A program made the position numbers and the translations under genes. Of a stretch of 64,000 bases of DNA, positions 51,103 through 62,164 are shown one piece after another (position 1 is the first letter of the stretch; every line of letters starts with the position of its first letter). Source of the DNA: Cyanophyceae cyanobacterium (GTDB lineage Bacteria > Cyanobacteriota > Cyanobacteriia > Cyanobacteriales > Laspinemataceae). The stretch spans positions 32,001 through 96,000 of the forward strand of contig JBBQFN010000009.1 in assembly GCA_038321985.1 (NCBI GenBank), in the 5' to 3' direction. The notes under the pieces are model-generated. The model was not told the origin of the DNA. It ran no database searches and saw nothing but the letters and a program-made list of their open reading frames with translations.

Positions 51103-54100
51103 TTAGACTTGTTTCATCCCTTTTTGAACGGGTCGCAGTTGTCCTACTACATCAATCAAATGTCTGGGGTCAATGGGTTTAGGAATGTGCATCTGGAACC
51201 CCGCAGCGAGGGCGAGGATCCGGTCTTCAGTGCGAGTATAAGCGGTGAGGGCGGCAGCCGGAATTTGTCCGCCTTGTTCTGGGGGTAAACTGCGGAGTTT
51301 ACGAATTAAGGTATAGCCATCTTCTCCGGGCATTCCGATGTCACTGAGCAGAATTTGCGGTTGGTTTTCTTGGACAAGGGCGATCGCTTGGGCAGTGGAA
51401 GCCGCTGCAAATACTTCAGCGCCGTACTGTTCCAAGGCGGTAATTAAAAATTCCCGAGTATCGAATTCATCATCTACAACCAAGATTTTTAACCCGGCTA
51501 GTTCGGAGGAGGATTGATCGCCCTCTACCCATGAAGTCTCTAGCACTGGCTCAGCGATCGCATCGGGAATGTCTTCTAAACGGGGAAGTTGTACAATGAA
51601 GGTTGAACCGTTTCCAGGTCCGGCACTATCTGCGAAAATCTGACCGCCGTGAAGTTCGACAAGGTTGCGGACGATCGCCAAACCCAATCCTAACCCCCCA
51701 TGCGATCGCGTAGTTTTACTATCCGCCTGCCGGAAGCGCTCAAACATATAAGGCAAAAACTCCGGTTCAATACCGATTCCGCTATCGATAATCCGGATTT
51801 GTACCCAATTATTCACCCGTTCTAAGCAAATTTCCACTCGTCCACCTTCTCGGGTGAATTTAACCGCATTCGAGAGCAGATTCCAGACGACTTGTTGGAG
51901 GCGATCGCCATCGGCGGAAACCATGCCGACTCCAGGATCGAGGGTGGTTACGATCTCGATTTTTTTAATTTCCGCCGTAGGACGCACAGTATCGATCGCC
52001 GCTTCAATGGGCGAGATCAATTGCAAAGGACGCAGGTAGAGGCGAACTTTGCCGCGAATGATGCGAGAAATATCCAGGAGGTCTTCAATTAACTGGGTTT
52101 GCATTTCAGCGTTGCGTTCGATGGCTTCTAGGGCTTGTGCCATTTTTTCTGGATTGAGTTTGCGGCGACGTAACAAGCGAGACCAGCCTAAAATTGCATT
52201 TAAGGGCGATCGCAATTCGTGAGAAACAATTGCTAAAAATTCATCTTTCATGCGGCTGGCGGCTTCTGCTTGTTTGCGAGCTTCCTGTTCGCGAAGTAGC
52301 AATTCCTCCCGCTGACGTTCGGCTAACTTGCGATCGCTAATATCGTAGAACATCACCACCCCGGCGACAATTTGTCCGGCTAAATTCTTCACGGGTTTAG
52401 CACTGAGGCATACAATCTGAGAGGAACCAGTGGAGAGGGGAAACTCGATTTCCTCATCAATGACTGTCTCACCTAAGGCGATCGCCCGAGACATCGGCAA
52501 CTCATGAGGCTGATAGGGCCGTCCGTCCGGATGGATACCCTGGAACAAGCGATAATCTTCCAGGTCCTTTTCCTCGGCGATCGCTCCGTCCCAAATCGCT
52601 TGTGCTTGTTTGTTACTCAAAAGCACTCTCCCTGATGGCGATTCGGCTACAATCGCCCCGGCGGGCATTTGTTGCAGTACCGCTTTTAACAGTTGTTGCT
52701 CAAATTCTAATTGCTGGAGCAGGCGATCGCGTTCTTCTTCTGCCTTTTTCCGTTCTGTCATATCTAGGACTACTCCCCCCATCCGGGTTGCCGTCCCCCA
52801 TTCGTCATAAAAGGCGCGACCTTTTGCCGCAATCCAGCGTACCGTGCCATCCTTTCTGACTACCCTATACTCGATATCGTAATCCACGTGGGCCTTAATT
52901 GCCCGTTGTATAGCTTGCTCCATTCGGTCCTGATCCTCCGGATGCAGGCATTGAACGAAAATTTCATAATCAATTTCTTTTGAGGAGAGATCAATTCCAA
53001 ACATTTCATAACATCGTCGCGAACCCGCGAGGGTTTGCTTTTGCAAATCGTAATCCCACAATCCTAATTTGGCTGACTCTAAGGCCACTCGCAGCCTTTC
53101 TTCGCTGCGATCGGAGGCCGCCCGAGCGCGTTTATATTCGGTTACATCTCGACTGAGGACGAGGACCGATTCAACTTCTGCATGACGATCAAATTCTGGA
53201 ACTAAGCGAGACTGGTAATGTCGAGTCCCGCCTTTGGTATCCGTTAAATCACATTCGATTTCGCCTTCTTCACCGCTCGCAAACACTTGGGCGATCGCCC
53301 ATTCCCAATCCCCCGATTGCGATTCAGGAAAGCCGGTTTCTGAGTTAGTTTTTCCGAGGAATTCTTCGGGCGCTCGCCCGGTGACTCGTTCAATTGCTCG
53401 ATTTATATATATATGACGCATTTCCCGGTTAAATCGGGCAATAATATCAGGGGAATTTTCAGCCAGTGCCTTAAATTCTCGTTCCCGTCGGTAGAGTTCG
53501 TTCTCAACTCGTTGGCGTTGGGTGATATCTCGCCAGGTTGCCAGAAACCCATCCCCAAAAGCCGCCACTCGGATATCGAATGCTTTAATCAATCTACTGC
53601 CGGAGCCAACTTCTTCTGCGTAAACCACAGAATCTTTGACCAAGGGTTTTCTCCCTTCGACAACCTGGCAATATTCCTCAAATAAACTTGTAGTTCGGTG
53701 TGCAGGAAACAGATCGCAGAGTCTTTTCCCCACTTGTTCTTCCCAGCTATATTCATTGCTGGCACAAGCGGCAGCATTTACATATTCGATGCGAAAGTCC
53801 AGAATGCGTCCGGATTCATCTCGTACAGCCGTATAAATTCCAAAACAATCTAGTAAATTTTCTACCGAAGTCCGGAAAAGTTCCTCTCTTTTTTGTAATT
53901 CTATTTCGGATTTTTTGCGATCGCTGATATCGATTGTTGTACCAATGACGCGAACGGCCTTCCCGGTTTCATCTCGCAGAATGCCGCCGCGATCGCAAAC
54001 GTCCAAATATGTGCCATCTTGGTGACGAACTCGATATTCTATATCAAACTTCTCTTGTTGTTCTAGAGCCTTTTTCATGGCATTATAGGCCCGTTCCCGG

Positions 54101-55026
54101 TCATCAGGATGGAGCAGAGAACCCCACCACTCAGCACCTTGTCCGGTCGCTTCTGAGGGATAGCCTAACAGTTGGGTGAGACTTTCACTGCGCTCAACTT
54201 TTTGACTCTCCAAATGCCAGTCATAAATTACACAATTTACCGCTGTTGAAGCTAGCTGATAGCGTTCGTTTGCCTCTAGAAACTCTAGTTCTATTTGCTT
54301 ACGTTCGGTGATATCATCGACAATTCCCGCAACTCTATAAACCGCTCCCAGGCGATCGCGAATAGGAAACGCTCGGGATCGTACCCAACGCACTGTTCCA
54401 TCCGGATCAAGTGTGCGATATTCCTCATTGTATTCTCCGCTTGATTGTTTCGCTAAAGCGGTTCTGACGCGATCGCGGTCCTCGGGATGCACACTTTCTA
54501 AAAATGAGGAGGGGTCTTTAGATAAACTTTCTAGCGATCGCCCCCACATCTGCTCGTATTGAGGACTCACATAAAAAAGTTGGGTTTTCTGGATATCCGT
54601 CATCCAGATTAGGCAATCAATATTTTCAGCAATCTGCCGGAATTGATCCTGGGTATTTTCTAACCCCCGAACATAAATTTCTGACTTTCGTTTGGCGGTA
54701 TAAAGCGCAGCAACTACCCAACTAATCGCCACTCCTTCTATCAAAAATACCCCCAAGGCTAAACTTTGCCCATAGGTATGTCCACCGAACGAATAAAACG
54801 GCATCAAAAAGAAATATTCCCCACAAGCTGCCGCTAAAATTGCAGCCAGCAATCCAGCCCAAACTCCTCCATACCAAGCACTCACCGCTACCGTCGCGCT
54901 AAACAATAAAAAGGGGTTATTGGTCATGTGTTCTGAAGAGATTAACAACTTCAGTCCCAAAGACACGACTACCATTGCTACAGCAAAACCATAGCGCAGG
55001 AGCGGGGAGCGTGATTGTTCTAACAT
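51103..55026 (-). CDS. Multi-PAS hybrid sensor histidine kinase with N-terminal DUF4118-like TM domain
   Basis: N-terminal TM bundle, repeated PAS/PAC, SHELRSPL, NLLSNAVK, C-terminal REC. Confidence 0.93.
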   Translation of the reverse strand: MLEQSRSPLLRYGFAVAMVVVSLGLKLLISSEHMTNNPFLLFSATVAVSAWYGGVWAGLLAAILAAACGEYFFLMPFYSFGGHTYGQSLALGVFLIEGVAISWVVAALYTAKRKSEIYVRGLENTQDQFRQIAENIDCLIWMTDIQKTQLFYVSPQYEQMWGRSLESLSKDPSSFLESVHPEDRDRVRTALAKQSSGEYNEEYRTLDPDGTVRWVRSRAFPIRDRLGAVYRVAGIVDDITERKQIELEFLEANERYQLASTAVNCVIYDWHLESQKVERSESLTQLLGYPSEATGQGAEWWGSLLHPDDRERAYNAMKKALEQQEKFDIEYRVRHQDGTYLDVCDRGGILRDETGKAVRVIGTTIDISDRKKSEIELQKREELFRTSVENLLDCFGIYTAVRDESGRILDFRIEYVNAAACASNEYSWEEQVGKRLCDLFPAHRTTSLFEEYCQVVEGRKPLVKDSVVYAEEVGSGSRLIKAFDIRVAAFGDGFLATWRDITQRQRVENELYRREREFKALAENSPDIIARFNREMRHIYINRAIERVTGRAPEEFLGKTNSETGFPESQSGDWEWAIAQVFASGEEGEIECDLTDTKGGTRHYQSRLVPEFDRHAEVESVLVLSRDVTEYKRARAASDRSEERLRVALESAKLGLWDYDLQKQTLAGSRRCYEMFGIDLSSKEIDYEIFVQCLHPEDQDRMEQAIQRAIKAHVDYDIEYRVVRKDGTVRWIAAKGRAFYDEWGTATRMGGVVLDMTERKKAEEERDRLLQQLEFEQQLLKAVLQQMPAGAIVAESPSGRVLLSNKQAQAIWDGAIAEEKDLEDYRLFQGIHPDGRPYQPHELPMSRAIALGETVIDEEIEFPLSTGSSQIVCLSAKPVKNLAGQIVAGVVMFYDISDRKLAERQREELLLREQEARKQAEAASRMKDEFLAIVSHELRSPLNAILGWSRLLRRRKLNPEKMAQALEAIERNAEMQTQLIEDLLDISRIIRGKVRLYLRPLQLISPIEAAIDTVRPTAEIKKIEIVTTLDPGVGMVSADGDRLQQVVWNLLSNAVKFTREGGRVEICLERVNNWVQIRIIDSGIGIEPEFLPYMFERFRQADSKTTRSHGGLGLGLAIVRNLVELHGGQIFADSAGPGNGSTFIVQLPRLEDIPDAIAEPVLETSWVEGDQSSSELAGLKILVVDDEFDTREFLITALEQYGAEVFAAASTAQAIALVQENQPQILLSDIGMPGEDGYTLIRKLRSLPPEQGGQIPAAALTAYTRTEDRILALAAGFQMHIPKPIDPRHLIDVVGQLRPVQKGMKQV

Positions 55027-55318
55027 TGATTTCCTCGCTAGGATGAAACGAGTCTTTTGAATTAAGACCCCATTGTTAAAGCCAGATTACGGGGTAAAAT
55101 ATTGTACTGACTCAGAAAATAGAGCGAAATATTTCACCCCCAGGGTGACTGGGGTTCCCATCACAGCCTGTTTTGGCAATTATAGCGGTTTTTATAGCCC
55201 TCTCGGATGGACTTCGCCCTAGAATTTCTCACCGATGAACCGGGCGATCAACGCCGGGGTTCTTCCCTTATTCTCCCTAGTAGCCCTCTCTTTTGCTACA
55301 TCCCCTTTCTTTGTGCTC

Positions 55319-56110
55319 CTACCCTGCCTCGCCAATCCCTCCAAACACTGCCATTCCATAGTGTTTCCAAGGGATAGCTACCGCTGCAAAATCGGCAGCT
55401 TTCAACAAATCCACCTGTTCTAACACCGTCGCCAAGCGATCAGGACCGGAGTATCCCTGGGGAACGGCTTTGCCACATTTAGCCCGCACTTTCTCTAAGG
55501 TTATTCCCTGTGCCATTACCCCCTCTTGTCTGATTGTATTGTAAACCTCCTCCAAACCTGGAGTTTCCGGTAAAATGGGGTCGCCATTCCAAAAACATCC
55601 TCCTTTCGATAGATTTTGACGCACCCACTTAAATAGTTTTAATTTGAGTGGATCCGTTAGATGATGAATTGCCAATGAAGACGCACAGACATCAAAACCT
55701 TGATGGGGTGCAATTCGTACGTTTAAGTTCGCCAAATTGCCAAAATCCGCTTCTATCCACCGCACCCGTTCTCCATACCCTGCGGCTTCAATTTTATCCT
55801 GACAAGCGCCTAACATTCGGGGGGAATAGTCCACTGCAACTAACTCCGCTTCGGGACAGTGATCCAGCAGTTTAAGACTGAGTTCTCCCGTCCCACAACC
55901 TAACTCTAAAATCCGTTTGCTAGTAATAGGAATACAGCGCAGTACGGCCGCTAACAAATCATCATAAAGCGGTAAAAGTTGCCGAATACCACTATCAAAA
56001 TCAGCAACATTTACAAAAACTTCCCCGGGATAAATTTCCGGTTTAGGGTCGGGAATTTCTAAAATAGCTCCGCTGGTTTTTTCTTCTGAAAGAGGAGGTT
56101 CAACATTCAT
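55319..56110 (-). CDS. Class I SAM-dependent methyltransferase
   Basis: ILELGCGTG, VDYS, SSLAIHHL; start may be 56158. Confidence 0.9.
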   Translation of the reverse strand: MNVEPPLSEEKTSGAILEIPDPKPEIYPGEVFVNVADFDSGIRQLLPLYDDLLAAVLRCIPITSKRILELGCGTGELSLKLLDHCPEAELVAVDYSPRMLGACQDKIEAAGYGERVRWIEADFGNLANLNVRIAPHQGFDVCASSLAIHHLTDPLKLKLFKWVRQNLSKGGCFWNGDPILPETPGLEEVYNTIRQEGVMAQGITLEKVRAKCGKAVPQGYSGPDRLATVLEQVDLLKAADFAAVAIPWKHYGMAVFGGIGEAG

Positions 56111-56525
56111 CAAAGTTTTCCTATTAAGAAAGGTATGATATCCTAACAAGGTTATCATAATTTTGTCAAGCTCGTGAACAAAGCATGAGGTTTTTTCAGG
56201 GAACTGTAATGACCGAGGAGGATTGTAATTGAGCCTAGGGGTAGAATCACCGCACCTCCCCGGACTGGATCAGAATTGGCGATCGCAGGTTTTTTGACGA
56301 GTTGCAGTAATTTTAGCCACAAATCCCCATACAACCTGAGTTTGTTTGTAGTTGAATTTGTTCGCCTTAATATTGGAAGGCTTTTAGTGGTTTTTATATC
56401 GTTATACTCTTGTTTATAATATTTTTAACCAACTGATTATTAAAAATTGCCTATAAAAAATTAAATCTGGTTTAAGGTATTAAATTTTGCGAGGATAATA
56501 AAATTATAAACTTGATTCCAACAGC

Positions 56526-56562
56526 GGATAGGAGTGCGAGCAAGATGCTCGCACTCCTATCC
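56526..56562. repeat. REP-like perfect palindrome
   Basis: ggataggagtgcgagca-aga-tgctcgcactcctatcc, 17-bp stem. Confidence 0.7.
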
Positions 56563-56934
56563 CTATTACCAGAGGAATCAAGCCAAATGCTCGCCCCCCG
56601 GGTTTCTTGTTTTAAGAGGAGTAAATGTTGGGTTCCCTGTAGATTTAAAAGATTTATGTAGAAACTGTAGGGAGTGCAGTATTAGTTTGAAAGAGTACCT
56701 GGGCAGTCGCCTAGCCTATGGGGGATACATTTTAACGGCGTGGGGAAGGTGAGCAAAACCACCGAGAAGAAGCCAGCAACCCCATGGGAAAAAAACTTGA
56801 CGCAATAAATTTAAGAGCCGATCTCAACCTTAATCTCCTGAAAATCGCTATAATTCTTCATTGGATTCGGAGAAACTGAAAAAAGTGTCTGCGTCATGCA
56901 CCGCTTAAATTCAATGAGTAAAGGAGGACTACGG

Positions 56935-57402
56935 ATGAACATCAAACGCATTTTACTGGTAGAAGATAATGCTAACGATATAGAGCTAATTCTGACTGGA
57001 CTCGCGGAAAATAACCTCGCCAATGAAGTGATCGTTGTGCGGGATGGTGAGGAAGCGCTAGATTATCTGTTTCATCGGGGTATCTTTCGGTTAAGGCGGG
57101 AAGGACATCCGATTTTGGTGATGCTTGACCTTAAAATGCCTAAAATAGATGGACTCGAAGTGCTGGCACAAATGAAGTCCAGCCCAGATTTGCGGCAGGT
57201 TCCGGTAGTGATTTTGACCGCTTCGCCGGAAGAATCGGATCTCATTAGCGGTTACAATCTAGGTGTGAATGGCTATGTCATCAAACCCTTAGACTTCCAC
57301 GAGTTCGTGGATGCCATCAAAAGCCTAGGGCTATTCTGGGCAGTCGTCAATCAACCCCCTCCAGGCTCTTTGCCTGCCGTTCCCAGAGAATCACTCACTT
57401 AA
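56935..57402 (+). CDS. Single-domain response regulator, Rcp1-like
   Basis: AGGAGG RBS; LLVEDN, LDLKMP, YNLGVNGYVIKP, FW. Confidence 0.9.
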   Translation: MNIKRILLVEDNANDIELILTGLAENNLANEVIVVRDGEEALDYLFHRGIFRLRREGHPILVMLDLKMPKIDGLEVLAQMKSSPDLRQVPVVILTASPEESDLISGYNLGVNGYVIKPLDFHEFVDAIKSLGLFWAVVNQPPPGSLPAVPRESLT

Positions 57403-57421
57403 AGAATACTGGAAGGTTAAA

Positions 57422-60115
57422 GTGCTGCATATCCTACTGCTAGAAGACAGTCTGCTGGATGCAGAGCTGATTGAGGCCCACTTGAAGGAGAATGGTCTAA
57501 AAGTTACCTTGAAGCGGGTAGATACCTGCGAAACTTTCCAAAATGCCCTGGAAAACGAGTCATTTGACGTCATTTTGGCTGATTATTCTCTTCCCTCTTT
57601 TGATGGATTTTCAGCCTTGAAAATGGCGCGCACGAAATGTCCAGATCTACCTTTTATCTTTGTGTCGGCGACGTTGGGGGAAGAAGTGGCCCTGGAAACT
57701 CTCAAAAGCGGTGCCACGGATTATGTCCTCAAGCAGCGGTTAGAACGACTGGTTCCCTCGGTGGAACGAGCGATTCGAGAGGCGAAAGAATATCACGATC
57801 GCTTGCGTGCCGAAGCCGCACTACGAGAAAGCGATCGGCGCTTTAGAATGGCCTTAAAAAATTCCTGTTTCTGCATTTTTCAACAAGATCGAGACCTAAA
57901 ATACCAATGGATGCACAATCCCCAAGGACCCCAATCCGCAGAGGAAGTTGTTGGGAAAACCGACTACTTTTTATTTCCAGAAGCGGAAGCCGATCTCCTC
58001 ACTGCACTCAAGAAAGAAGTCATTGCAACCGGCACTCCAACTCGCTTAGAAGTATCGGTCACCTTCTTTGGAGAACTCTGGGACTACGACCTAATTTTAG
58101 AACCGATATTTGCCGATCAGCCGGATCGCAATCAGGAGAATCCGCAGGTTGTGGCGCTGATTGGGACTGCCTTGAATATCACAGAACGCAAAAGATCCGA
58201 ACGAGAATTGTATCGTCGGGAACAGGAATTTCGAGCGTTAGCAGAAAACGCGCCGGATATTATCGCCCGCTTTGATCGACAACTGCGCCATATTTACATC
58301 AACCCGGTGATCGAAAAAGCTACGGGAATTCCTCCTGAAAATTTTATTGGAAAAACGAATGCGGATCTGGGATTTCCCGAGGAACTTTACTTACAGTGGT
58401 CTCACTACTTACAAGAGATTTTTGTAACTGGAAAATCGGGTTTTATTGAATTTGAGTTTCCTTCATCTACAGGAACTCGCACTTATCAATCCCAGGCGGT
58501 TCCCGAATTTGACTTGGATGGCAATGTCGAATCTTTACTCTGTATTAGTCGGGATATTACGGAAGGTAAGAAAGCCGAGCAGGTGCTGCGAGAGAGTGAG
58601 GCACGGTTCCGACGCTTGATGGATTCTAATACGATTGGCATGGGGTTCTGGCGTGGCGATCGCGTTACTGTTGCTAATGATGCCTTTTTGCAAATGCTGG
58701 GGTACTCCCAGGAGGAAGTCCAAACGGAACGGCTAAATTGGCGCAAGATTACCCCCTTGGAATATTTATATCTGGATGAGATCGCCCATCAGCAAGCCTG
58801 TGAAAATGGCTATGCTGCACCGTTTGAAAAGGAATTTTTTCACCAAAATGGAACCCGGGTTCCGGTGATTTGGGGAGGGGCGATTTTTGACCCTAGGGGT
58901 GACGAGGGGGTATTTTTTACCCTGGATTTGACCGATCGCAAACGGATGGAAGAGGCGCTACAGGAGCAAGCTCAGGCGTTAGAACGTGCCAATCAGGTAA
59001 AAGATGAATTTTTAGCAGTGCTCTCCCACGAATTGCGATCGCCTCTGAATGCAATTCTAGGATGGTCCAAGTTACTGTTAACGCGCAAGTTTGACCAAGC
59101 CACCACTCAGCGTGCCTTGGAAACCATTGAGCGCAATGCTCGATTTCAAACTCAACTGATTGAAGATTTGCTCGATGTGTCGCGCATTCTGCGCGGCAAG
59201 CTGAGTTTGAGAGTGACTCCGGTGAATTTAACCCTCCCAATTTCGGCGGCGATCGAAAGTTTGCACCTTGCGATCGAAGCTAAATCGCTTCAACTAGATT
59301 CTTTCCTAGATCCGAGTGTCCCGCAAGTGACGGGCGACCCTAGCCGCTTGCAGCAAGTGGTATGGAATCTACTCTCCAATGCGGTGAAATTTACCGAACC
59401 CGGGGGTCGAATCACCCTCCGCCTGGAACAGGAGGCGCGATGGGTGATTCTCAAAATCAGCGATACGGGGATCGGCATTCTCCGGGAATTTCTGCCTCAT
59501 TTGTTTGAATATTTCCGCCAAGCGGATGCCTCTAGCACTCGCCATCATGGGGGACTGGGGATTGGATTGGGACTGGTGAAACATCTGGTAGAACTACACG
59601 GAGGAACCGTCAGTGCAGAAAGTCCCGGAGAGGGTCAGGGGGCTACTTTTACGGTGAAACTACCGGCGATCGCCCTCAAAACTGACGAGCAACTGGAATC
59701 CAGGCTTGCTTCTACACAGAGTACACTCGCCGGGGTGCGGATTCTGGTCGTGGATGACGATAACGACTCGTTGGAGTTTATGCAGTGTGTCTTGGAACAG
59801 TCCGGGTATCAGGTGCGGGCGATCGCTTCAGCGAGTGAAGCCCTCGGTGTATTTTCTGACTGGAAACCGGATTTGGTGATTAGCGATATCGCTATGCCTG
59901 AAGAAGATGGTTATAGTTTTATCCGCAAAATTCGGGCAATGGAGGGGAATACCGGGGGTCAAATTCCGGCGGTGGCTCTAACGGCTTATGCCCGGGAAGA
60001 AGACCGTAACGCCGCCTTTTTAGCTGGATTTCAAGAGCATTTGAGTAAACCCCTTGACCCCAAAGCATTAATGACGGCGATCGAATTGTTAATTCGACCC
60101 CTTCAGGGATTTTAG
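57422..60115 (+). CDS. REC-PAS-HisKA-HATPase-REC hybrid kinase
   Basis: N-terminal REC (ILLLED, DYSLP), PAS domains, SHELRSPL, C-terminal REC; GTG start. Confidence 0.93.
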   Translation: MLHILLLEDSLLDAELIEAHLKENGLKVTLKRVDTCETFQNALENESFDVILADYSLPSFDGFSALKMARTKCPDLPFIFVSATLGEEVALETLKSGATDYVLKQRLERLVPSVERAIREAKEYHDRLRAEAALRESDRRFRMALKNSCFCIFQQDRDLKYQWMHNPQGPQSAEEVVGKTDYFLFPEAEADLLTALKKEVIATGTPTRLEVSVTFFGELWDYDLILEPIFADQPDRNQENPQVVALIGTALNITERKRSERELYRREQEFRALAENAPDIIARFDRQLRHIYINPVIEKATGIPPENFIGKTNADLGFPEELYLQWSHYLQEIFVTGKSGFIEFEFPSSTGTRTYQSQAVPEFDLDGNVESLLCISRDITEGKKAEQVLRESEARFRRLMDSNTIGMGFWRGDRVTVANDAFLQMLGYSQEEVQTERLNWRKITPLEYLYLDEIAHQQACENGYAAPFEKEFFHQNGTRVPVIWGGAIFDPRGDEGVFFTLDLTDRKRMEEALQEQAQALERANQVKDEFLAVLSHELRSPLNAILGWSKLLLTRKFDQATTQRALETIERNARFQTQLIEDLLDVSRILRGKLSLRVTPVNLTLPISAAIESLHLAIEAKSLQLDSFLDPSVPQVTGDPSRLQQVVWNLLSNAVKFTEPGGRITLRLEQEARWVILKISDTGIGILREFLPHLFEYFRQADASSTRHHGGLGIGLGLVKHLVELHGGTVSAESPGEGQGATFTVKLPAIALKTDEQLESRLASTQSTLAGVRILVVDDDNDSLEFMQCVLEQSGYQVRAIASASEALGVFSDWKPDLVISDIAMPEEDGYSFIRKIRAMEGNTGGQIPAVALTAYAREEDRNAAFLAGFQEHLSKPLDPKALMTAIELLIRPLQGF

Positions 60116-60175
60116 AAGAGATGAGAAGAGCGGACGAGCCCTGGTTTTTGAGAATGAGGGAGGCTGAAAATTGGT

Positions 60176-61915
60176 TTAATGAGAGAGTTTTTCTAGGAAA
60201 ATTTGCCGGTCATCTTGGTAAATAACTTTGAGTTTTTCTTGAAAAACCGTCATAAACGCATCAATTCCTCGCCCCGTATTACAATGCGGGCGATCGGGAA
60301 ATTCAAAGTGATAGTCATCAAAAATAATCATTCCCCCTTCTTTGATGAGTCCCCAGCTTAATACTGCATCTTGGAGGACATCCACGGCAAAATGTGAGCC
60401 ATCAATATAGACGATGTGATAGGTATTTAAGGGGAGCGATCGCAGCACTTCTTGGGAATATCCTACCCGTTTCTCGACTTTATGCTTGGCTCCACTTTTT
60501 TCGATATTTCCATCAAATCTCTCTTCGACGGATTTTTGAACGGTAGGGTCGTTTTTTTTACTTTCCACAACCCCTTCAAAATTATCAATACAGGTAATTC
60601 GTGCGGTTTCATGGGTAAGGATATTATCCAGCAACCAGCAACTCGCCATTCCTTCAAAACAGCCAATTTCCACAACTCTCAAGTTGGGTACATTGGCAAA
60701 TTTTCTCAAGGTTTGTTCCCAAATTGGCATGACGCCGGTAAAACAGTCGGCGGTGATTTTATACCCTTTTTGAGCAAATCGGAGCGTGTAAGGAATGCTA
60801 CTTAGTTTTTTCTGAAGGATTTGATTGTTAGGTTTAAGCTGTAGGGCTTTCTTTAAAGCTATTTCGGCTTCATAAACTTTTTCCACTTCAGCGTTAAATA
60901 AGCCTTGATAGTAGAGGGCCATCCCGAAATTATAGTAATTATTACTGGATTTCGGGTCAAGTTCTATCAGTTTACGAGAGGCATTGGTAGCTTGGGCGTA
61001 TTTGGAATTATTCCAGCTTTTTTCGAGGACTCGTTGGTAAATAGTTCGCACTACTTCCTGAATTTCGGGGGTATAAATCGACCCTAAAACATAACGCGCG
61101 GAAGCATAGTCCGGGTGGTTTAGAGAAACTTGATTTAAAAGTTCGGCTGCTTCCCTAAATTGACCTTGGGCTAAAAATGCCATCCCTAAAGGGTAGGTGA
61201 TGGAAATTTGGGGAACGAGGTCTTTGGCTTTCAATAAGCAGAGTACAGCTTGTGGAAATTCCCCATATTTGCAATGGATGATTCCTTTATTTCGGTAATA
61301 GTTGCCATACTGCTGTTTGAGCCTGCTATTTTCGTTCCAGTCCGGATGGTTTAAGAGGTTGCTGGTTAGAGCAGCTTCTAATAAATCGAGGGATTTAATA
61401 TATAAAAAATCTCCCTTGACCAATTGTGCTAAGACTTGGATAAGAAGCGGTTGGTTAATGTTCTGGGTATTAGGGGATAAAAGCAGTTCGGAAGTTTTTG
61501 CTAAGAGGTCGTTGAGGGTAAAGTCGAGGATGTCCAAGTGCAGGTAAAGTTGTACAAGAGCTAACTGGTTATTGATATAATTTGGGGCGATCGCCCTGAT
61601 GCGATCGCGCAAGACTAAGGCGGTTTCCCAGTCTCTAACGAATTCGCGCTGGGTTGCGATCGCCCCTAAAAGCTCTACAATTTGTACTCGCCACTGTTCT
61701 ACTTGAGGGGGCGTTCCCTGGGATAATACCGCATTCCAGCATTGTTCGGCTTCCGGTTGCTTTCCTTGCAGTAACAACGCGATACCCAAATACCAATAGT
61801 TAGAAATAACCTGGGGATTCCCTTGAATGCTTTGGCGGCAAAGGGCGAGTGCCCCCGCGTAGTCCTGCTGTGCAAAATATTCCGTTACCGTTTGTTGTGC
61901 TTGCATGATTTCCAT
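60176..61915 (-). CDS. TPR-repeat protein fused to a class I SAM methyltransferase (Methyltransf_24-like)
   Basis: TPR helices; VEIGCFEG, YIDGSH, IIFDDY. Confidence 0.88.
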   Translation of the reverse strand: MEIMQAQQTVTEYFAQQDYAGALALCRQSIQGNPQVISNYWYLGIALLLQGKQPEAEQCWNAVLSQGTPPQVEQWRVQIVELLGAIATQREFVRDWETALVLRDRIRAIAPNYINNQLALVQLYLHLDILDFTLNDLLAKTSELLLSPNTQNINQPLLIQVLAQLVKGDFLYIKSLDLLEAALTSNLLNHPDWNENSRLKQQYGNYYRNKGIIHCKYGEFPQAVLCLLKAKDLVPQISITYPLGMAFLAQGQFREAAELLNQVSLNHPDYASARYVLGSIYTPEIQEVVRTIYQRVLEKSWNNSKYAQATNASRKLIELDPKSSNNYYNFGMALYYQGLFNAEVEKVYEAEIALKKALQLKPNNQILQKKLSSIPYTLRFAQKGYKITADCFTGVMPIWEQTLRKFANVPNLRVVEIGCFEGMASCWLLDNILTHETARITCIDNFEGVVESKKNDPTVQKSVEERFDGNIEKSGAKHKVEKRVGYSQEVLRSLPLNTYHIVYIDGSHFAVDVLQDAVLSWGLIKEGGMIIFDDYHFEFPDRPHCNTGRGIDAFMTVFQEKLKVIYQDDRQIFLEKLSH

Positions 61916-62112
61916 TGCTGTCTGTTGTTCTCGATCAAGGGTTCGGATTTCAGGGATGAAAGTTCCCTCACTCGGGAGAGGGCAATCTGGGGTCCTGGCA
62001 GTATTTATCTGTTGTTAATTGTATGGGGCAATTTTAACCAAAAAAAGGAAATTTTAAAAATCCCTATCCAAAAAAATGGCCGCCGTGAATTCTAGAGAAT
62101 CTTCAAGAATCT

Positions 62113-62140
62113 AAAAAACCGGGCTTTTGGCAAAACCCGG
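62113..62140 (-). terminator. Intrinsic terminator after aminotransferase
   Basis: ccgggttttg-c-caaaagcccgg followed by T6 on the minus strand. Confidence 0.65.
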
Positions 62141-62164
62141 CGGATTCAAAATATTTATCAGTCT

